Shown: positions 1-11,529 of the stretch, piece by piece
Layout: each line of letters begins with the position of its first letter
How positions within the stretch are numbered: position 1 is the first letter of the stretch
Assembly: GCA_002269645.1 (NCBI GenBank)
Contig: NIVC01002285.1
Location: 1-64,000 of the forward strand
Direction of reading: 5' to 3'
Source: Macrostomum lignano
Taxonomy: Eukaryota
DNA length: 64,000 nucleotides
The notes under the pieces: generated by a model
The model's database searches: none
The model's input: only the letters and a program-made list of their open reading frames with translations
What the model was told of the DNA's origin: nothing
Made by a program: the position numbers and the translations under genes

Positions 1-1530
1 GAAGTAAAAGAAGGTATAGTAACAAGAGCATGAGATCTTTGTTAATCTAGATGAGTCGTTTGGGTACAGATGTTACAATCTTCTAATGCTGGCGTATCCG
101 GCTAAAATACATTACAGAAGCCTAAATATGTTTTGCAGTAAAATTTTTAGTGCATACTGTACATATTGATGCTTTTCAGGCTTTTGTATTTTGAATTTGA
201 ATTATTTTGAGTGTCGCAGTATTAACGGATTAATGGTTCATGGAAAATCGATAACTCCATAAACGATAACTTTACAAGAAAGAAAATAATTGTAAGTGAA
301 AGGTTATAGCTCGAAGACTTCAGGTTTGAAAAAGACAAAACTAAAAGCTTTTTCTTCCAGAAAATATTGGCCAGCCTTTTTGTTGCCTTCTGATAAAAGT
401 TCAACCAACATTCATAAAATGTCGCTGCGTATTTTTGTTTCTTCCACTTCTGGAAGTATGAAAGTAAGCATACTGTTTGCTATTTGCAATTTATCTAGTT
501 GTAAAAATAAACCTAAAAGTTGTGACCAACATTATCTAGTCAGTACAAGCATTTAGGTATAATTCTAAATGATTACATTATAACATGCATTATATACTAT
601 ATTTGGTTTTGCTTAAATTAGAAATTGCTTAACTATTACTTGGTAATTTAGTTTATTGACATTATACAAAAATAGCATCAGATGATTTTGTTCTTCAGCA
701 TTATTCTTAATGCAATTTTTTATTGTTTTTAAATGCGCATGTATTTATAAATGCATTTAATTTATAATTATAGCCTATTATAACATTTTCATTAATATCA
801 ATATCTATTTATTTTATAAGAATTAAAATTTTAGCCTATTTTGAATCTAAAAATCTTATCTTTAATTTCTAGATGTTTAATAATTTTTTTAAGTTCAAAA
901 GTGGCTAAAACAATTTGTCTTAAGTTTCCAAATTGAACTCAAAGTATATTTGTATTTTACTAAAAACCATAAAATAATATAAAAAATATAAATTAAATAC
1001 AGTCATTGAAGTGCTTATAACTTATAAGACTTAATATTTATAACATATATAAAAAAATCATTTTAATATTTTGAAATTTTTTTCTGTTATAATACTCATT
1101 ACAAAAATTTTCAAATAATATAAAGTCAGAGCTAGATATTTACAAAATAATAAATAAGCAAAATAGTTTAAAATTTTAAGCATAACTGATAACTTATATA
1201 TATATTTAAGTTTTACAACAGTTTGGAAAACTATTATTTATTGTTTTTATATACAAAGGCTCTAGACCTTAGGCTATATAAGTTTCTTTTCTGTGCTAAA
1301 AGTTAAAGCAGCCACACATTTGCCTTAGGCAAATTTGTTTATCGAATATTAGACAAGGAACAAGAAGTAAAACAAATTTAATTCTATAGATAAGACTATT
1401 CTATTTATCAATGTTGTCATTGCATCTGTTTTAACTTACAAAACTGCTTTTGGGAATCTTGGGAATCTATTTACTTTTGCTATGTAGAACTGATCTATAT
1501 TGATTGCCTATTTTTACATTCAATGCCCAG

Positions 1531-4425
1531 ATCAAGGAGCAGCAGGCATATATTAAGCGAATCCTAGATGGCCTGGGCTTGGCTTATGAGGAGATTGACA
1601 TATCCGATCCAAAGAATGCCGAGGCCAAGGCTGAGATGCAAGAAGCTGCCAAGACACACTCGAAATCTGTGGTGCCTCCACACTTGCTGCGGGATAACAA
1701 TTATATTGGCGTGAGTTTGGGAGAGACAGTCATTCAGGGGTAAGATAGTCATGCAGGGGTGAGACAGTCATGCAGGGGTGAGACAGTCATGCAGGGTGAG
1801 ACAGTCATACAGGGGTGAGACAGTCATGCAGGGGTGAGACAGTCATGCAGGGGTGAGACAGTCATGCAGGGGTGAGACAGTCATGCAGGGTGAGACAGTC
1901 ATGCAGGGTGAGAAAGTCATTCAGGAGTGAGATAGTCATTCAGGCGTGAACAGTCATGTATGGAAGTGTAACGATCTTTGGGGTGAGATAATGGTGGATG
2001 AGGGTAAGAGTGATGTGTGGATGTGAGAGGTATGTGAGATGTGAGAGTGGATGGTATGGGATGAGATCCTGCTGGATGGGATGAGAGGAGTGATAGAGAA
2101 GGGGTTGCGCCTGTGAGGTAATTAGTAATGGGTAGAGGTGAAGCTGCAGAAATCAAGGTAATCTTGAAAAAAGTTAATTGTTGGACAGCAATAATAAAGT
2201 TGCATTCAATGGCATTGGCAGGATGGGCAAGATTTCTACGACGCTGTTGAGGACGACAATATTGAGGTGTTCCTGCAGGTGCCCGGTGCGAAAGAGGTAA
2301 ACATCTGCTGTCAGTAATAGCTGCTTTTTCGATACATATCGGGACTTGGGTTAGCTGGTGTGTTATGCATCACATTTACTTATTTTCGATACATATCACT
2401 TGAGTTATCTTGTGTGTTACATTATATTTTCGATACATATCGGGACTTGAGTTATCTTGTGTGTTACGCATCTCATTTACATATTTTCGATACATATCGG
2501 GACTTGAGTTATCTTGTGTGTTACGCATCCCATTTACATATTTTCGATACATATCGGGACTTGAGTTATCTTGTGTGTTACGCATCCCATTTACATATTT
2601 TCGATACATATCGGGACTTGAGTTATCTTGTGTGTTACGCATCCCATTTACATATTTTTCGATACATATCAGGACTTGGGTTCTCTTGTGTGTTACGCAT
2701 CCATTTATATATTTTCGATACATATCGGGACTTGATTATCTTGTGTGTTACGCATCCCATTTACATATTTTCGATACATATCGGGACTTGATTTATCTTG
2801 TGTTTACGCATCCATTTACATATTTTCGATACAATCGGGACTTGAGTTATCTTGTGTGCTACCCGTCTATTTTACATAACTTTCGATACATATTGGTGCT
2901 TGGGTTCTCTTGTGTGTTGTTACGCGTCAATTTTGCTTTTACATAATTTTCGATACATATCGGCATCGAGGTAAGGAATTAAATCAGAAGTGTTACCAGA
3001 CATGCACCAGCCCATACTTTACTGCCCCCTTCTCGCACCAATTTTAGAAGAAAATCGAGCCACTGGAAAAAGGAGGAAGCGACGAAAACGACACGGAAAA
3101 GGTGCCTCAGGATTGACGGAAGAGTTGGCCCTGGCCTGTCTGCTTCTGTTTGACTGTTCTGCCCAGTCTTGTGTCATAGAGTGTAGATTTCTTTTTGCTT
3201 GATTCTTCAGGTTATTTTATTGCGCTAGTAACACACACACACCGTTTTTTTACCTGTGCTAATTTTACTAACAATCTGCTTCTGTTACGCTAAAGATTTT
3301 TACATGTTTTGCTTTACTTGTAAAATTTGCCTTTCTTGTTTCGCATTCCTTTGATTAAATGTTTTGCGCGAAATTTCGGACTGCACGAATCAGTGGAGGG
3401 GGGGCATGCGATAGTTGAAGTGCCACTGGACTTTGCTCTGCTGACTGACCTGCCAACCCGGATGCATGAGCGCGAGAGTCGCAGCAGTTATTAACTTGGA
3501 TTGCATTGGACTGGTCACGCCTAAGCATGCGTTGTGCCGTGCGTTCCTTGTTGAAGGTAATTCTCTCTGTAGTTTGAATATGAGCTTTCGTATTTTTGCT
3601 CAAGCATTCCACAGCAGCGGTTCCGGATTGTAGTGCCGTTCTCTCCCTGGTTCCTTGCCTCATCTCAGGCCTGATTGTAGTGCCGTTCTCTCCCTGGTTC
3701 CTTGCCTCATCTCAGGCCTGATTGTAGTGCCGTTCTCTCCCTGGTTCCTTGCCTCATCTCAGGCCGGATTGTAGTGCCGTTCTCTCCCTGGTTCCTTGCC
3801 TCATCTCAGGCCTGATTGTAGTGCCGTTCTCTCCCTGGTTCCTTGCCTCATCTCAGGCCTGATTGTAGTGCCGTTCTCTCCCTGGTTCCTTGCCTCATCT
3901 CAGGCCTGATTTTTCCTTCTTTTTTAGAGCGAGAAAATCGAAGACCAAGAACAGAGGGGCGATAAAGAAGAGGAGGACAAAGGCGGAGACAAGGAGAAGG
4001 AAGAGAAGGAGGATGGCGACGAGGGTTCAGAGACTGGTGAGAAAAACAAAGAGTCGGATAAGAAGGACAAAGAGTCCGAAGAAAATGATGAAGAGGAGGA
4101 GAAGGATAAAGAAGCGGAAGCTGAGGATAAGGATTCTGATAAGGTCAAAGACACCGACATGAAAGACAAAGAGTCTGATGAGAAAGACAAAGAGTCCGAG
4201 GAGAAGGACAAAGAGTCTGAGGAGAAGGACAAAGAGTCTGAGGAGAAGGACAAAGAGTCTGAGGAGAAGGACAAAGAGTCTGAGGAGAAGGACAAAGATT
4301 CTGAAGAGAAGGACAAAGAGTCTGAGGAGAAGGAAGAAGAGCCAAAAAGAAAGACCAAGAAGTCAACAGATTCGGATGAGGAGAAGGACGATAAAAAGAG
4401 CGAATCGAAGGCAGAAGACGATTGA
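1531..4425 (+). CDS. SH3BGR: SH3BGR-family thioredoxin-fold protein with long acidic tail; exons 1531-1710, 2222-2296, possible 3048-3101, 3928-4425; first coding exon not found
   Basis: Spliced translation IKEQQAYIKRILDGLGLAYEEIDISDP...VVPPHLLRDNNYIG|DGQDFYDAVEDDNIEVFLQV fits the SH3BGR pattern (IKKQQ..V..L....I.Y..VDI; PPQIFN...YCGDY..F..A.E......FL). All junctions are phase 0 with AG/GT. The last exon encodes KDKESEE repeats and ends at TGA 4423-4425. Confidence 0.85.
1720..1955. repeat. 19-20 bp minisatellite (GAGACAGTCATGCAGGGGT) in SH3BGR intron
   Basis: About 10 visible tandem copies beginning just after the 1711 donor. Confidence 0.9.
2325..2962. repeat. 57-bp minisatellite (TTTTCGATACATATCGGGACTTGAGTTATCTTGTGTGTTACGCATCCCATTTACATA)
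   Basis: About 11 copies; the 19-aa periodicity of overlapping ORFs matches 57 bp. Confidence 0.9.
3625..3910. repeat. 47-bp minisatellite (CTGATTGTAGTGCCGTTCTCTCCCTGGTTCCTTGCCTCATCTCAGGC) x6
   Basis: Period 47 (copies at 3671 and 3718); ends just before the 3927 acceptor. Confidence 0.9.
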
Positions 4426-5793
4426 TGACAGGAAATGGCATCATCTGCGAGTATTTAATGAGCGGTTTTTACCATTTATGATGATATTTTACAATCTAAA
4501 GCCATTTACGAGGTAACAGGCAACATGTATTGCTTACTGCCCTGCTGATCTCCTATGCGTCTTATTTAGCGTCAATCTTCATTTTAACCGCTTCTGTTAT
4601 TAACCTGGACTCAAATCGTTAAGTATGTGTGATATTTATTTGATTTATACCGTGTTAAGTTTTTATATATTTGGAATGACCAAAAAGTAGGCTGATACCA
4701 ACTGCTCCAGCAATAAGTACCCGATATGCATAGCTACTCCGTGTTAAGAAATATTGAATTGATTTTTATTTACTGAGCGGATTTCTGTTCAACATAGTTC
4801 ACTGCGCTTCTCCACCTTTTATTGACTCGCGTTTTCTTATTTATAAAATATAGCGTTTGCTGAATCAACATTGTTTTAATCACTGCCTAGCTCTACCTTT
4901 ACTAAACTGTACTTCATTAATTTAAGCTCGTTGACTGACTGATTTGCTTATCATACTTTAAAACAGTCTTATTCTAAAAAAGTCAAATGTAAGCAAGATG
5001 TCAGCATGGCTACTTGCTGCTAGTAGACAGATTAGTGTATGCGAGTAGTTTTTTTAAATGAAATATGAATTATGACTTGAAAATTTGAATACAGTTGGTC
5101 TTCGGTGAAATCAAATTCTCGTAATTTTCGCTCGTTGGGACCGTATGATCCGAAACTGCAAATACTCGTACATAACCGCCTAAGAGTACAAAAGCACCAG
5201 GCGTACTCAGAGTCGCAACTGTGAGCCCGCAGTCTTGCATAATTTATTACATTTGACAACCCTATCCTCCAGCGCGCAGTTGCAGTCGCGCCACCTCGAT
5301 CGAACTTGAGAGGTCTTGTTCGGTGCTCTCGCGCACAGACGGCACACCTCTCCCTGCCCTTTGAGCTTGCATATGGCTATCCGACACTCCTATTGAAGGA
5401 GTGTTCTCAGAATTGCCTTCTCGCTTCACACGCCAAGGTATAATAAAAAAGAGTTCTCAAAAGTCCTGCGTTCCACTGCTGTGTGGCAGCTCTTTTTTGA
5501 AAAAAGAATATCTATTCAGAATTGGGGTTGGAGACTTGCACAGGAATAAATTATATTTTCCACTTACTGTCGTCTGTGCTATAGCTCCAAACCTCAGTCG
5601 GCAGCTGCAGTTGGGGCAAGGCCATGCAGCTAAAAAACTCGTACAAGGCAAGGCATAGAAATATAAAATACGAGTAATTGCTAACTCTGCGCTCAACACT
5701 CGTCTCGAAACTCTTGTCCTGAAGGGACTTTGAGACAAGGACTCGCGTATACTGTATACTTGTATTTTCGAAAAACATAATCTGTCTTTCGAG

Positions 5794-7346
5794 ATGGAGC
5801 AGATAGCGGCTATGGTACTTCTAGTATTGCTTAATTCTTGCCAGTTCTCTCCAGCAATCCCAGCTTCTCCTAGTAGAAGCAATTCCAAGCTGCAAGAGAA
5901 GAAATACGCGGACCCAAATAGCAACGAAACGGCCAGCGTCTTCATCATCCCCGCACCAAATGGTGCGGCAAAGGTAATCATATTATTTCCATGCATTTTG
6001 TTGCTCGTCAGTGGCGAGGCAAGCCCGTTTCTGAGCAAGGATCTCGTGAAACATGAATCCTAGTAGCTGTTTTAAATTCCCGCAATAAAACTGCTCGGCA
6101 GGCAACGTGGCAACCAGCTATGAGAACTTGGGCAGCGAGTACGAAACAGACAAATGTTGCCGAGACCACGACACCTGCCCGCACTCCATCACCGCGCTGC
6201 AGACTCGCTATGGATTGAAAAATCCTTTTTTGACTACACTGTCTGATTGCGAGTGCGACGTTAAGTGAGTTCAGCCTTCTCAGCTGTTGTTGCGAAACAG
6301 CACGATTCTACCTGATCTCTACCTTGTCCCCTCTCCCTCTCCCTCTGTTTCTTCCGTCCCCCTCTCTGTTTCTCCTTCCCCCTCTCTGTTTCTCCTTCCC
6401 CCTCTCTGTTTCTCCTTCCCCTCTCTGTTTCTCCTTCCCCCTCTCTGTTTCTCCTTCCCCCTCTCTGTTTCTCCTTCCCCTCTCTGTTTCTCCTTCCCCT
6501 CTCTGTTTCTCCTTCCCCTCTCTGTTTCTCCTTCCCCCTCTCTGTTTCTCCTTCCCCCTCTCTGTTTCTCCTTCCCCTCTCTGTTTCTCCTTCCCCCTCT
6601 CTGTTTCTCCTTCCCCCCTCTGTTTCTCCTTCCCCTCTCTGTTTCTCCTTCCCCCTCTCTGTTTCTCCTTCCCCTCTCTGTTTCTCCTTCCCCCCCTCTG
6701 TTTCTCCTTCCCCCTCTCTGTTTCTCCTTCCCCCTCTCTGTTTCTCTTCCCCCTCTCTGTTTCTCCTTCCCCCTCTCTGTTTCTTCTCCCCCTCTCTGTT
6801 TCTCCTCCCCCTCTCTGTTTCTCCTTCCCCCCTCTGTTTCTCCTCCCCCCTCCCTGTTTCTCCTTCCCCCTCTCTGTTTCTCCCCTCTCCCCCTCCCCTC
6901 AGTTTCTCCATTCTCCCATCTCGCTTGTTTCTCCCTTCGTCCTCTCTCCACCTGTGCTTCTCCCAACATTTCTCCCTCTCCCAATTAATTCATTCTTTCT
7001 CCCCCCTCTCTCGGTCTCGTTGCCGCCGCCTCTAGCAGGGCATGCAAGATTCTGAACCTTCTCTAGAACCCGCGGCCGTGGCCCCCGCAGGTTCTACTTC
7101 TGCCTGAAGCAGGCCGCCCAGATGTCCGCCACCGCCCAGTTTGCCGTCAAAATGTTCTTCGAGACACTTCGAATGCCCTGCTTCCAGCTGGTCAGCCGGC
7201 CGGTGTGCCAGAGCCGGCACTTCCTGTTCGGCACCTGCCAGGGTGGTGTGAAAAACCGGACGGTGGCCGAGCTGCGCCGGCTGCCGTTTTTCACGGACGA
7301 CCTGGCCAGGGCTGTGGCCGGCGGCCATCTGAGGTTCCGGACGTGA
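5794..7346 (+). CDS. PLA2G3: Secreted phospholipase A2, group III (bee-venom type); exons 5794-5973, 6102-6264, 7091-7346; needs +1 nt near 5953 (about 199 aa restored)
   Basis: Hydrophobic N-terminus, then FIIP[G]TKWCGKG (Ca-binding loop), TDKCCRDHDTCP (His-Asp), SDCECDVKFYFCLKQ and AVKMFFETLRMPCF, matching the group III order IIYPGTLWCG..G / CCR.HD.C / CDCD.KFY.CL / GKMYFN....CY. Exons total 599 nt; one extra base gives 200 codons. Confidence 0.88.
6335..6900. repeat. 20-21 bp polypyrimidine minisatellite (CCCTCTCTGTTTCTCCTTCC) in PLA2 intron 2
   Basis: More than 25 near-identical tandem copies. Confidence 0.92.
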
Positions 7347-7431
7347 CGATTGTAAATAAAAGCAGAGATATCGCATCAAAACCGGAACTGACAATAGAAG
7401 AGACGATTCAATCATTCTCGAACCGGAAGTG

Positions 7432-7872
7432 GTCCCACAGTCCTGCAGAAGGGAATCAGATTGGATGTCCTAAGAAATGAGGAACCTGGTGCCCCACAGT
7501 CCTGCAGAAGGGAATCAGATTGGATGTCCTAAGAAATGAGGAACCGGGTGCCCCACAGTCCTGCAGAAGGGAATCAGATTGGATATCCTAAGAAATGAGG
7601 AACCTGATGTGGTGCCGCAGTCCTGCAAAGAGAATTAGCTTGGATATTCTAAGAAATGAGGAACCGGATGCCCCACAATCCTGCAGAAGGGAATCAGATT
7701 GGATATCCTAAGAAATGAGGAACCTGATGTGGTGCCGCAGTCCTGCAAAGAGAATTAGCTTGGATATTCTAAGAAATGAGGAACCGGATGCCCCACAGTC
7801 CTGCAGAAGAGAATTAGCTTGGATATTCTAAGAAATGAGGAACCGGATGCCCCACAATCCTGCAGAAGGGAA
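7432..7872. repeat. About 59-bp minisatellite (CCCACAGTCCTGCAGAAGGGAATCAGATTGGATGTCCTAAGAAATGAGGAACC...)
   Basis: Period 59 (7442, 7501); about 7 copies with two alternating variants. Confidence 0.88.
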
Positions 7873-8410
7873 TTTGTTAAAAAAATTCACATTAAATTTC
7901 AAATTCATGCAAATTCTGTCAAATTGATGATCAGTTGACAAGCGAATTAAGCATGCTTAACGCAAGTCCATGTCATACAACAAATCCCTCGAAAGCGCTA
8001 CAGAGTGAATCTGCTGGACCATTTCAGTGAGCACGTGTTTTGTGTTCAGATGTTTACATTTATATACCGTACATGTACGCTCGTAAAATAACGTGATTTT
8101 GTCAAATGGATTTTACTAGTCGATTTCACTAGAATAAGAAAAATACACAGAGTTTTTATTGCTGTGATTCAAATCGAGTCAAACGACATGGCACCGTTCC
8201 ATGAAAGTTACCCTTTAGGATTACAGGGGGGCTGAGGAACAGACCCTCCGGCTAAAATCCCTAAGTAACTAAGTTCCTGATTCACAGCCTTCAAACCCAA
8301 GCCCCAAGCCATGCACAGGGAGTGTATATCCCTGAAGATCATACACGCGCAACCCCCTGATTTACACTGGCCATGCGACTTATCTACGACAAAAATATAT
8401 ACAAAATTTT

Positions 8411-8474
8411 GGGTAAACGGCGGGAGTAACTTCAACTGTACATTTGAGCCAAAATGCTTCGTCATCTAATTAGT
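8411..8474 (+). other. Degenerate 28S rRNA-like fragment (helix 69-71 region), copy A
   Basis: GGGTAAACGGCGGGAGTAACT is a 21-nt identity to the remembered conserved LSU sequence; after a diverged 15-nt middle comes AGCCAAAATGCTTCGTCATCTAATTAGT (LSU: AGCCAAATGCCTCGTCATCTAATTAGT). Flanks are not rRNA-like, so this is not an rRNA gene. Confidence 0.65.
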
Positions 8475-9147
8475 ACTCCGTCTATATTTTGGTGGGCATT
8501 TTTGCGACTTACATTGGCTTGGCTGGGCTCCTCGCAAGCCGGCCGGGCATTGCGCATGTATGCTGACGATGCCTATGTCAGCGCCGCTGTACAATGTACA
8601 CCCTGCATGAGCATATGCTGATGCGAGCTCAGAGGTCAGGCAAGTCAGACCTCGACTGTCGCCTTGCACAATTCCCAAATAATGGTATTAAAATCTGTGC
8701 GCATCTCTGCATTTTGACATCTGTAGTATAAGTTCGAATATTTGAAGCGCCGATATATAGCCAACAACTTTATCTGTGTATTTCTTATCGCAATAAGAAG
8801 TGAAAGGAATATAAAACACATAAAGGGCATATTAAAAATGAGGCAAAGGCATGCGCATCTAGCTAGCTAGGCTAAAAAAAGCAGCGCAGTAAAAAATAAA
8901 ATTAGGCGCACGAAAAGTTTCTATAATACTCAAAGTAGCAAAGCATACATTTTATATATGATATCAGTAAATAACAGAACCAAAAAACTGAATATGCAGA
9001 ATTTTAGTAGAAGATTATGAAATTGATAAGAGCGGGCAAGTATTTTTGCATTATTTTACAAAAGCTGATTAATTAATTTGCTATCGTGCAGGTAGGAAAG
9101 TTGAAGCTATAATATTAAAGTATTCGGTAATTAAATTCTGTTGCTAA

Positions 9148-9205
9148 GGTAAACAGCGGGAGTAAATTTGCATTTAGTTACTAGCCAGATTGCCTCGCCA
9201 TCTAA
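9148..9205 (+). other. Degenerate 28S rRNA-like fragment, copy B
   Basis: GGTAAACAGCGGGAGTAA ... AGCCAGATTGCCTCGCCATCTAA: the same two blocks and spacing as copy A. Confidence 0.5.
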
Positions 9206-9218
9206 ACAGCGGTAGCAC

Positions 9219-10320
9219 TTATTTTCCGCCGCCGGCGCTGTGGCGCAGGTCGCTCAGCGCCCGGCGCAGCAGGCCGTAGCGCGAGACGCCGGGCCACAGA
9301 AGGGCGCCGAGCGCCGCCACGTAGCCCAGCAGGAGGCCGCTGACGCTGGCGCCGATCAGCGCCACGGCTAGCAGGGCGGCGCCGGCGCCAAGTGCAAAAG
9401 CGCGCGGACGATACCGCCGAATGGCGAAAATTCGGCGAATGGCGGCGGCGAGGGAGTCGCCCCGGGCCGACAGGCGGCGACAGACGGCGGTGTAGCAGGC
9501 CTGCGGGAGTGAGGGGCGGCACGGGTTCTCAGTGATGCAGACTGCGGATGCTGCAAGGACTCAGCGGGCAAGAGAAACATTACTCTAAAGCTGGGGTGGA
9601 TTTTAAGCAAGGTATGATTTCAGATTGTATATGATTTTAAGTTGTATATGATTTCAAGTTTTACATGATTTCAAATTGTACATGATTTCAAATGGTACAT
9701 GATTTCCAATTGGGCATGATTTTAAATTGTACATGATTTCAAATTGTACATGATTTCAAATGGTACATGATTTCAAATTGTACATGATTTCAAATTGTAC
9801 ATGATTTCAAATTGTACATGATTTCAAATGGTACATGATTTCAAATGGTACATGATTTCAAATTGGGCATGATTTTAAATTGTACATGATTTCAAATTGT
9901 ACATGATTTTAAATTGTACATGATTTTAAATTGTACATGATTTCAAATTGTACACGATTTCAAATCGGGCATGATCTGAGCGGGCGCAGCCCCAGACGCC
10001 CAGCTCACCTGGTCAGCCTCGGTCCAGGACTCTCCCAGCAGCAATGGGGCCAGGAGTTTCGGCACGGCGAAATCGGCGGTCACGGCCAGCAGGCACAGGA
10101 GGGTCAGGCAGGCCAGCGGGGCGGGCCGGGCCACCGCCATCAGGGCGAAGGCGAGGGTGAGGCCGGCCAGCAGGCAGCCGAATGCCAGAGGCCGCTCCCA
10201 GTGCAGCACGGCATCGGCGCGGACCAGCACGTGGCGCCAGGGCTGCAGCGCGACTGCGAACTGGCTAGCGCGGGACTCGCGAACCTGCAGCTGAGTCTGC
10301 TCACTGTTGGATGACTGCAT
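9219..10320 (-). CDS. ARL6IP1: ARL6IP1 (reticulon-like ER-shaping protein); exons 10320-10009 and 9500-9219; 197 aa
   Basis: LQPWRHVLVRADAVLHWERP, ADFAVPKLLAPLLLGESWTEADQ and GYVAALGALLWPGVSRYGLL align with the remembered ARL6IP1 LQGWGEVMLMADKVLRWER / ADYLVPILAPRIFGSNKWTTEQQ / TYLIVTSLLLLPGLNQHGII. Phase-0 GT/AG intron; TAA at 9221-9219. Confidence 0.9.
9614..9972. repeat. 17-bp minisatellite (CATGATTTCAAATTGTA) in ARL6IP1 intron
   Basis: About 20 tandem copies. Confidence 0.92.
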
Positions 10321-10385
10321 CTGGTGCAGCAAGCATTAAAACGTTGATATACTACTAGAAGTATTTTATACAGAACACGAACGCA

Positions 10386-10553
10386 TACATGCGCAACCTT
10401 AGGAATCACCCAGCCGCTTCTATTGGCAACAGATACATGTAAGTCGCTATTGGCTGAGAGCAGTCACGTGACTACTATTCCGTCCAATAGCGACTTACAT
10501 GTGTGTTGCCAATAGAAACGGCCGAGCGAATCCCAAGGTTGCGCCAAAGCATG
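10386..10553. mobile_element. Palindromic MITE-like element, copy 1 (about 65 bp upstream of ARL6IP1 ATG)
   Basis: Arms GCGCAACCTTAGGAATC..TTCTATTGGCAAC..ACATGTAAGTCGCTATTGG and CCAATAGCGACTTACATGT..GTTGCCAATAGAA..CCCAAGGTTGCGC around a central GTCACGTGAC (10463-10472). No TSD seen for this copy. Confidence 0.7.
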
Positions 10554-11184
10554 ACAAGAAGAGTAGCTTATCTGACTAAAATTTGGTGTTCAGCTATTCA
10601 GTTAAAGATCTTCTATAAGAATATTCTATAAAACAAATAGAGGTTCAGATTTTCTGTAAGAAATGAAGCACTATACAAAATATATTAGCTGAATAGAAGC
10701 CATATATTTGCAATAATCTGATTACAACTTGTTAAGAACCTAGAAAGTTTTCAAATAGTTAAAAACTGTATATTGCCCTAAAAATGTTTTAGATATTTAA
10801 TTGCTAATATTATAGATGTATAAAATTTGTTTAAAACTTAATTTTAAAAGTATAAAAATCTTTCAATACCTGGCTCAAAATACTAAAAATGTTTTTATAT
10901 CATCATTAAAAATGACAAGTTAATAAAAAAAATTTAGAAAATACTAGCAATCTAGTGCCCCCCTTCAGGGCACCTAGTAAGCAAGGAAAAAATGGAAAAA
11001 TTAAAAAGCGCATTTTCTTAAGAACCAGTTCCTTCTTAAGTTTTAAAAATCACCACATTCAAGTAAAATTTTCATGGGCTATGGTTTGCTATGAATCTCT
11101 TTTTTTCTAAAATTAACAAAGACGACAAAATAAAGCTTTCACAAAGATAACAGACATTCCCTCTAAATAGAAAACATAACCAAG

Positions 11185-11480
11185 AAAGCAAGCATCCCCC
11201 CAGATAGCAAGCATCCCCCTAAATACCAAGCATCCCCCAGATAGCAAGCACCCCCCCCCACATAGATAGCAAGCATCCTGCAAATATCAAGCACCCCTAA
11301 ATAGCAAGCATCCCTGGATAGAAAGAATCCTTTACATATAGATGCACATAGCTAGTACCTCTCTCTCTCCCAAATAGCAAGTACACCCCCTTGAGAGCAA
11401 GCATCCCCCGATAGTAAGCACACCCCCTAAATACAATAGCAAGTATCCTTTAGATAGCAAGCATTCACTAGACAGCAAGT
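11185..11480. repeat. Degenerate about 19-bp tandem repeat (AAATAGCAAGCATCCCCC)
   Basis: Repeated ATAGCAAGCATCCCC core with drift. Confidence 0.7.
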
Positions 11481-11529
11481 AGCTAGTGCAAATATTTCAA
11501 TTAATAATTCAATAAGCACTTTCTTAGGT

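Noticed and set aside
1-560. AT-rich stretch with short ORFs on both strands (222-404, 296-556)
   Set aside because: No recognisable motif; manual translation of other frames hits repeated stops. The missing SH3BGR first exon was not found here.
5457-6038. 193-aa minus-strand ORF
   Set aside because: Overlaps PLA2 exon 1 on the opposite strand and shows no family motif.
8411-9205. Box C/D or H/ACA snoRNA explanation for the 28S-complementary blocks
   Set aside because: No CTGA D/D' box follows either antisense block, and the blocks are too long and contiguous for an H/ACA pocket.
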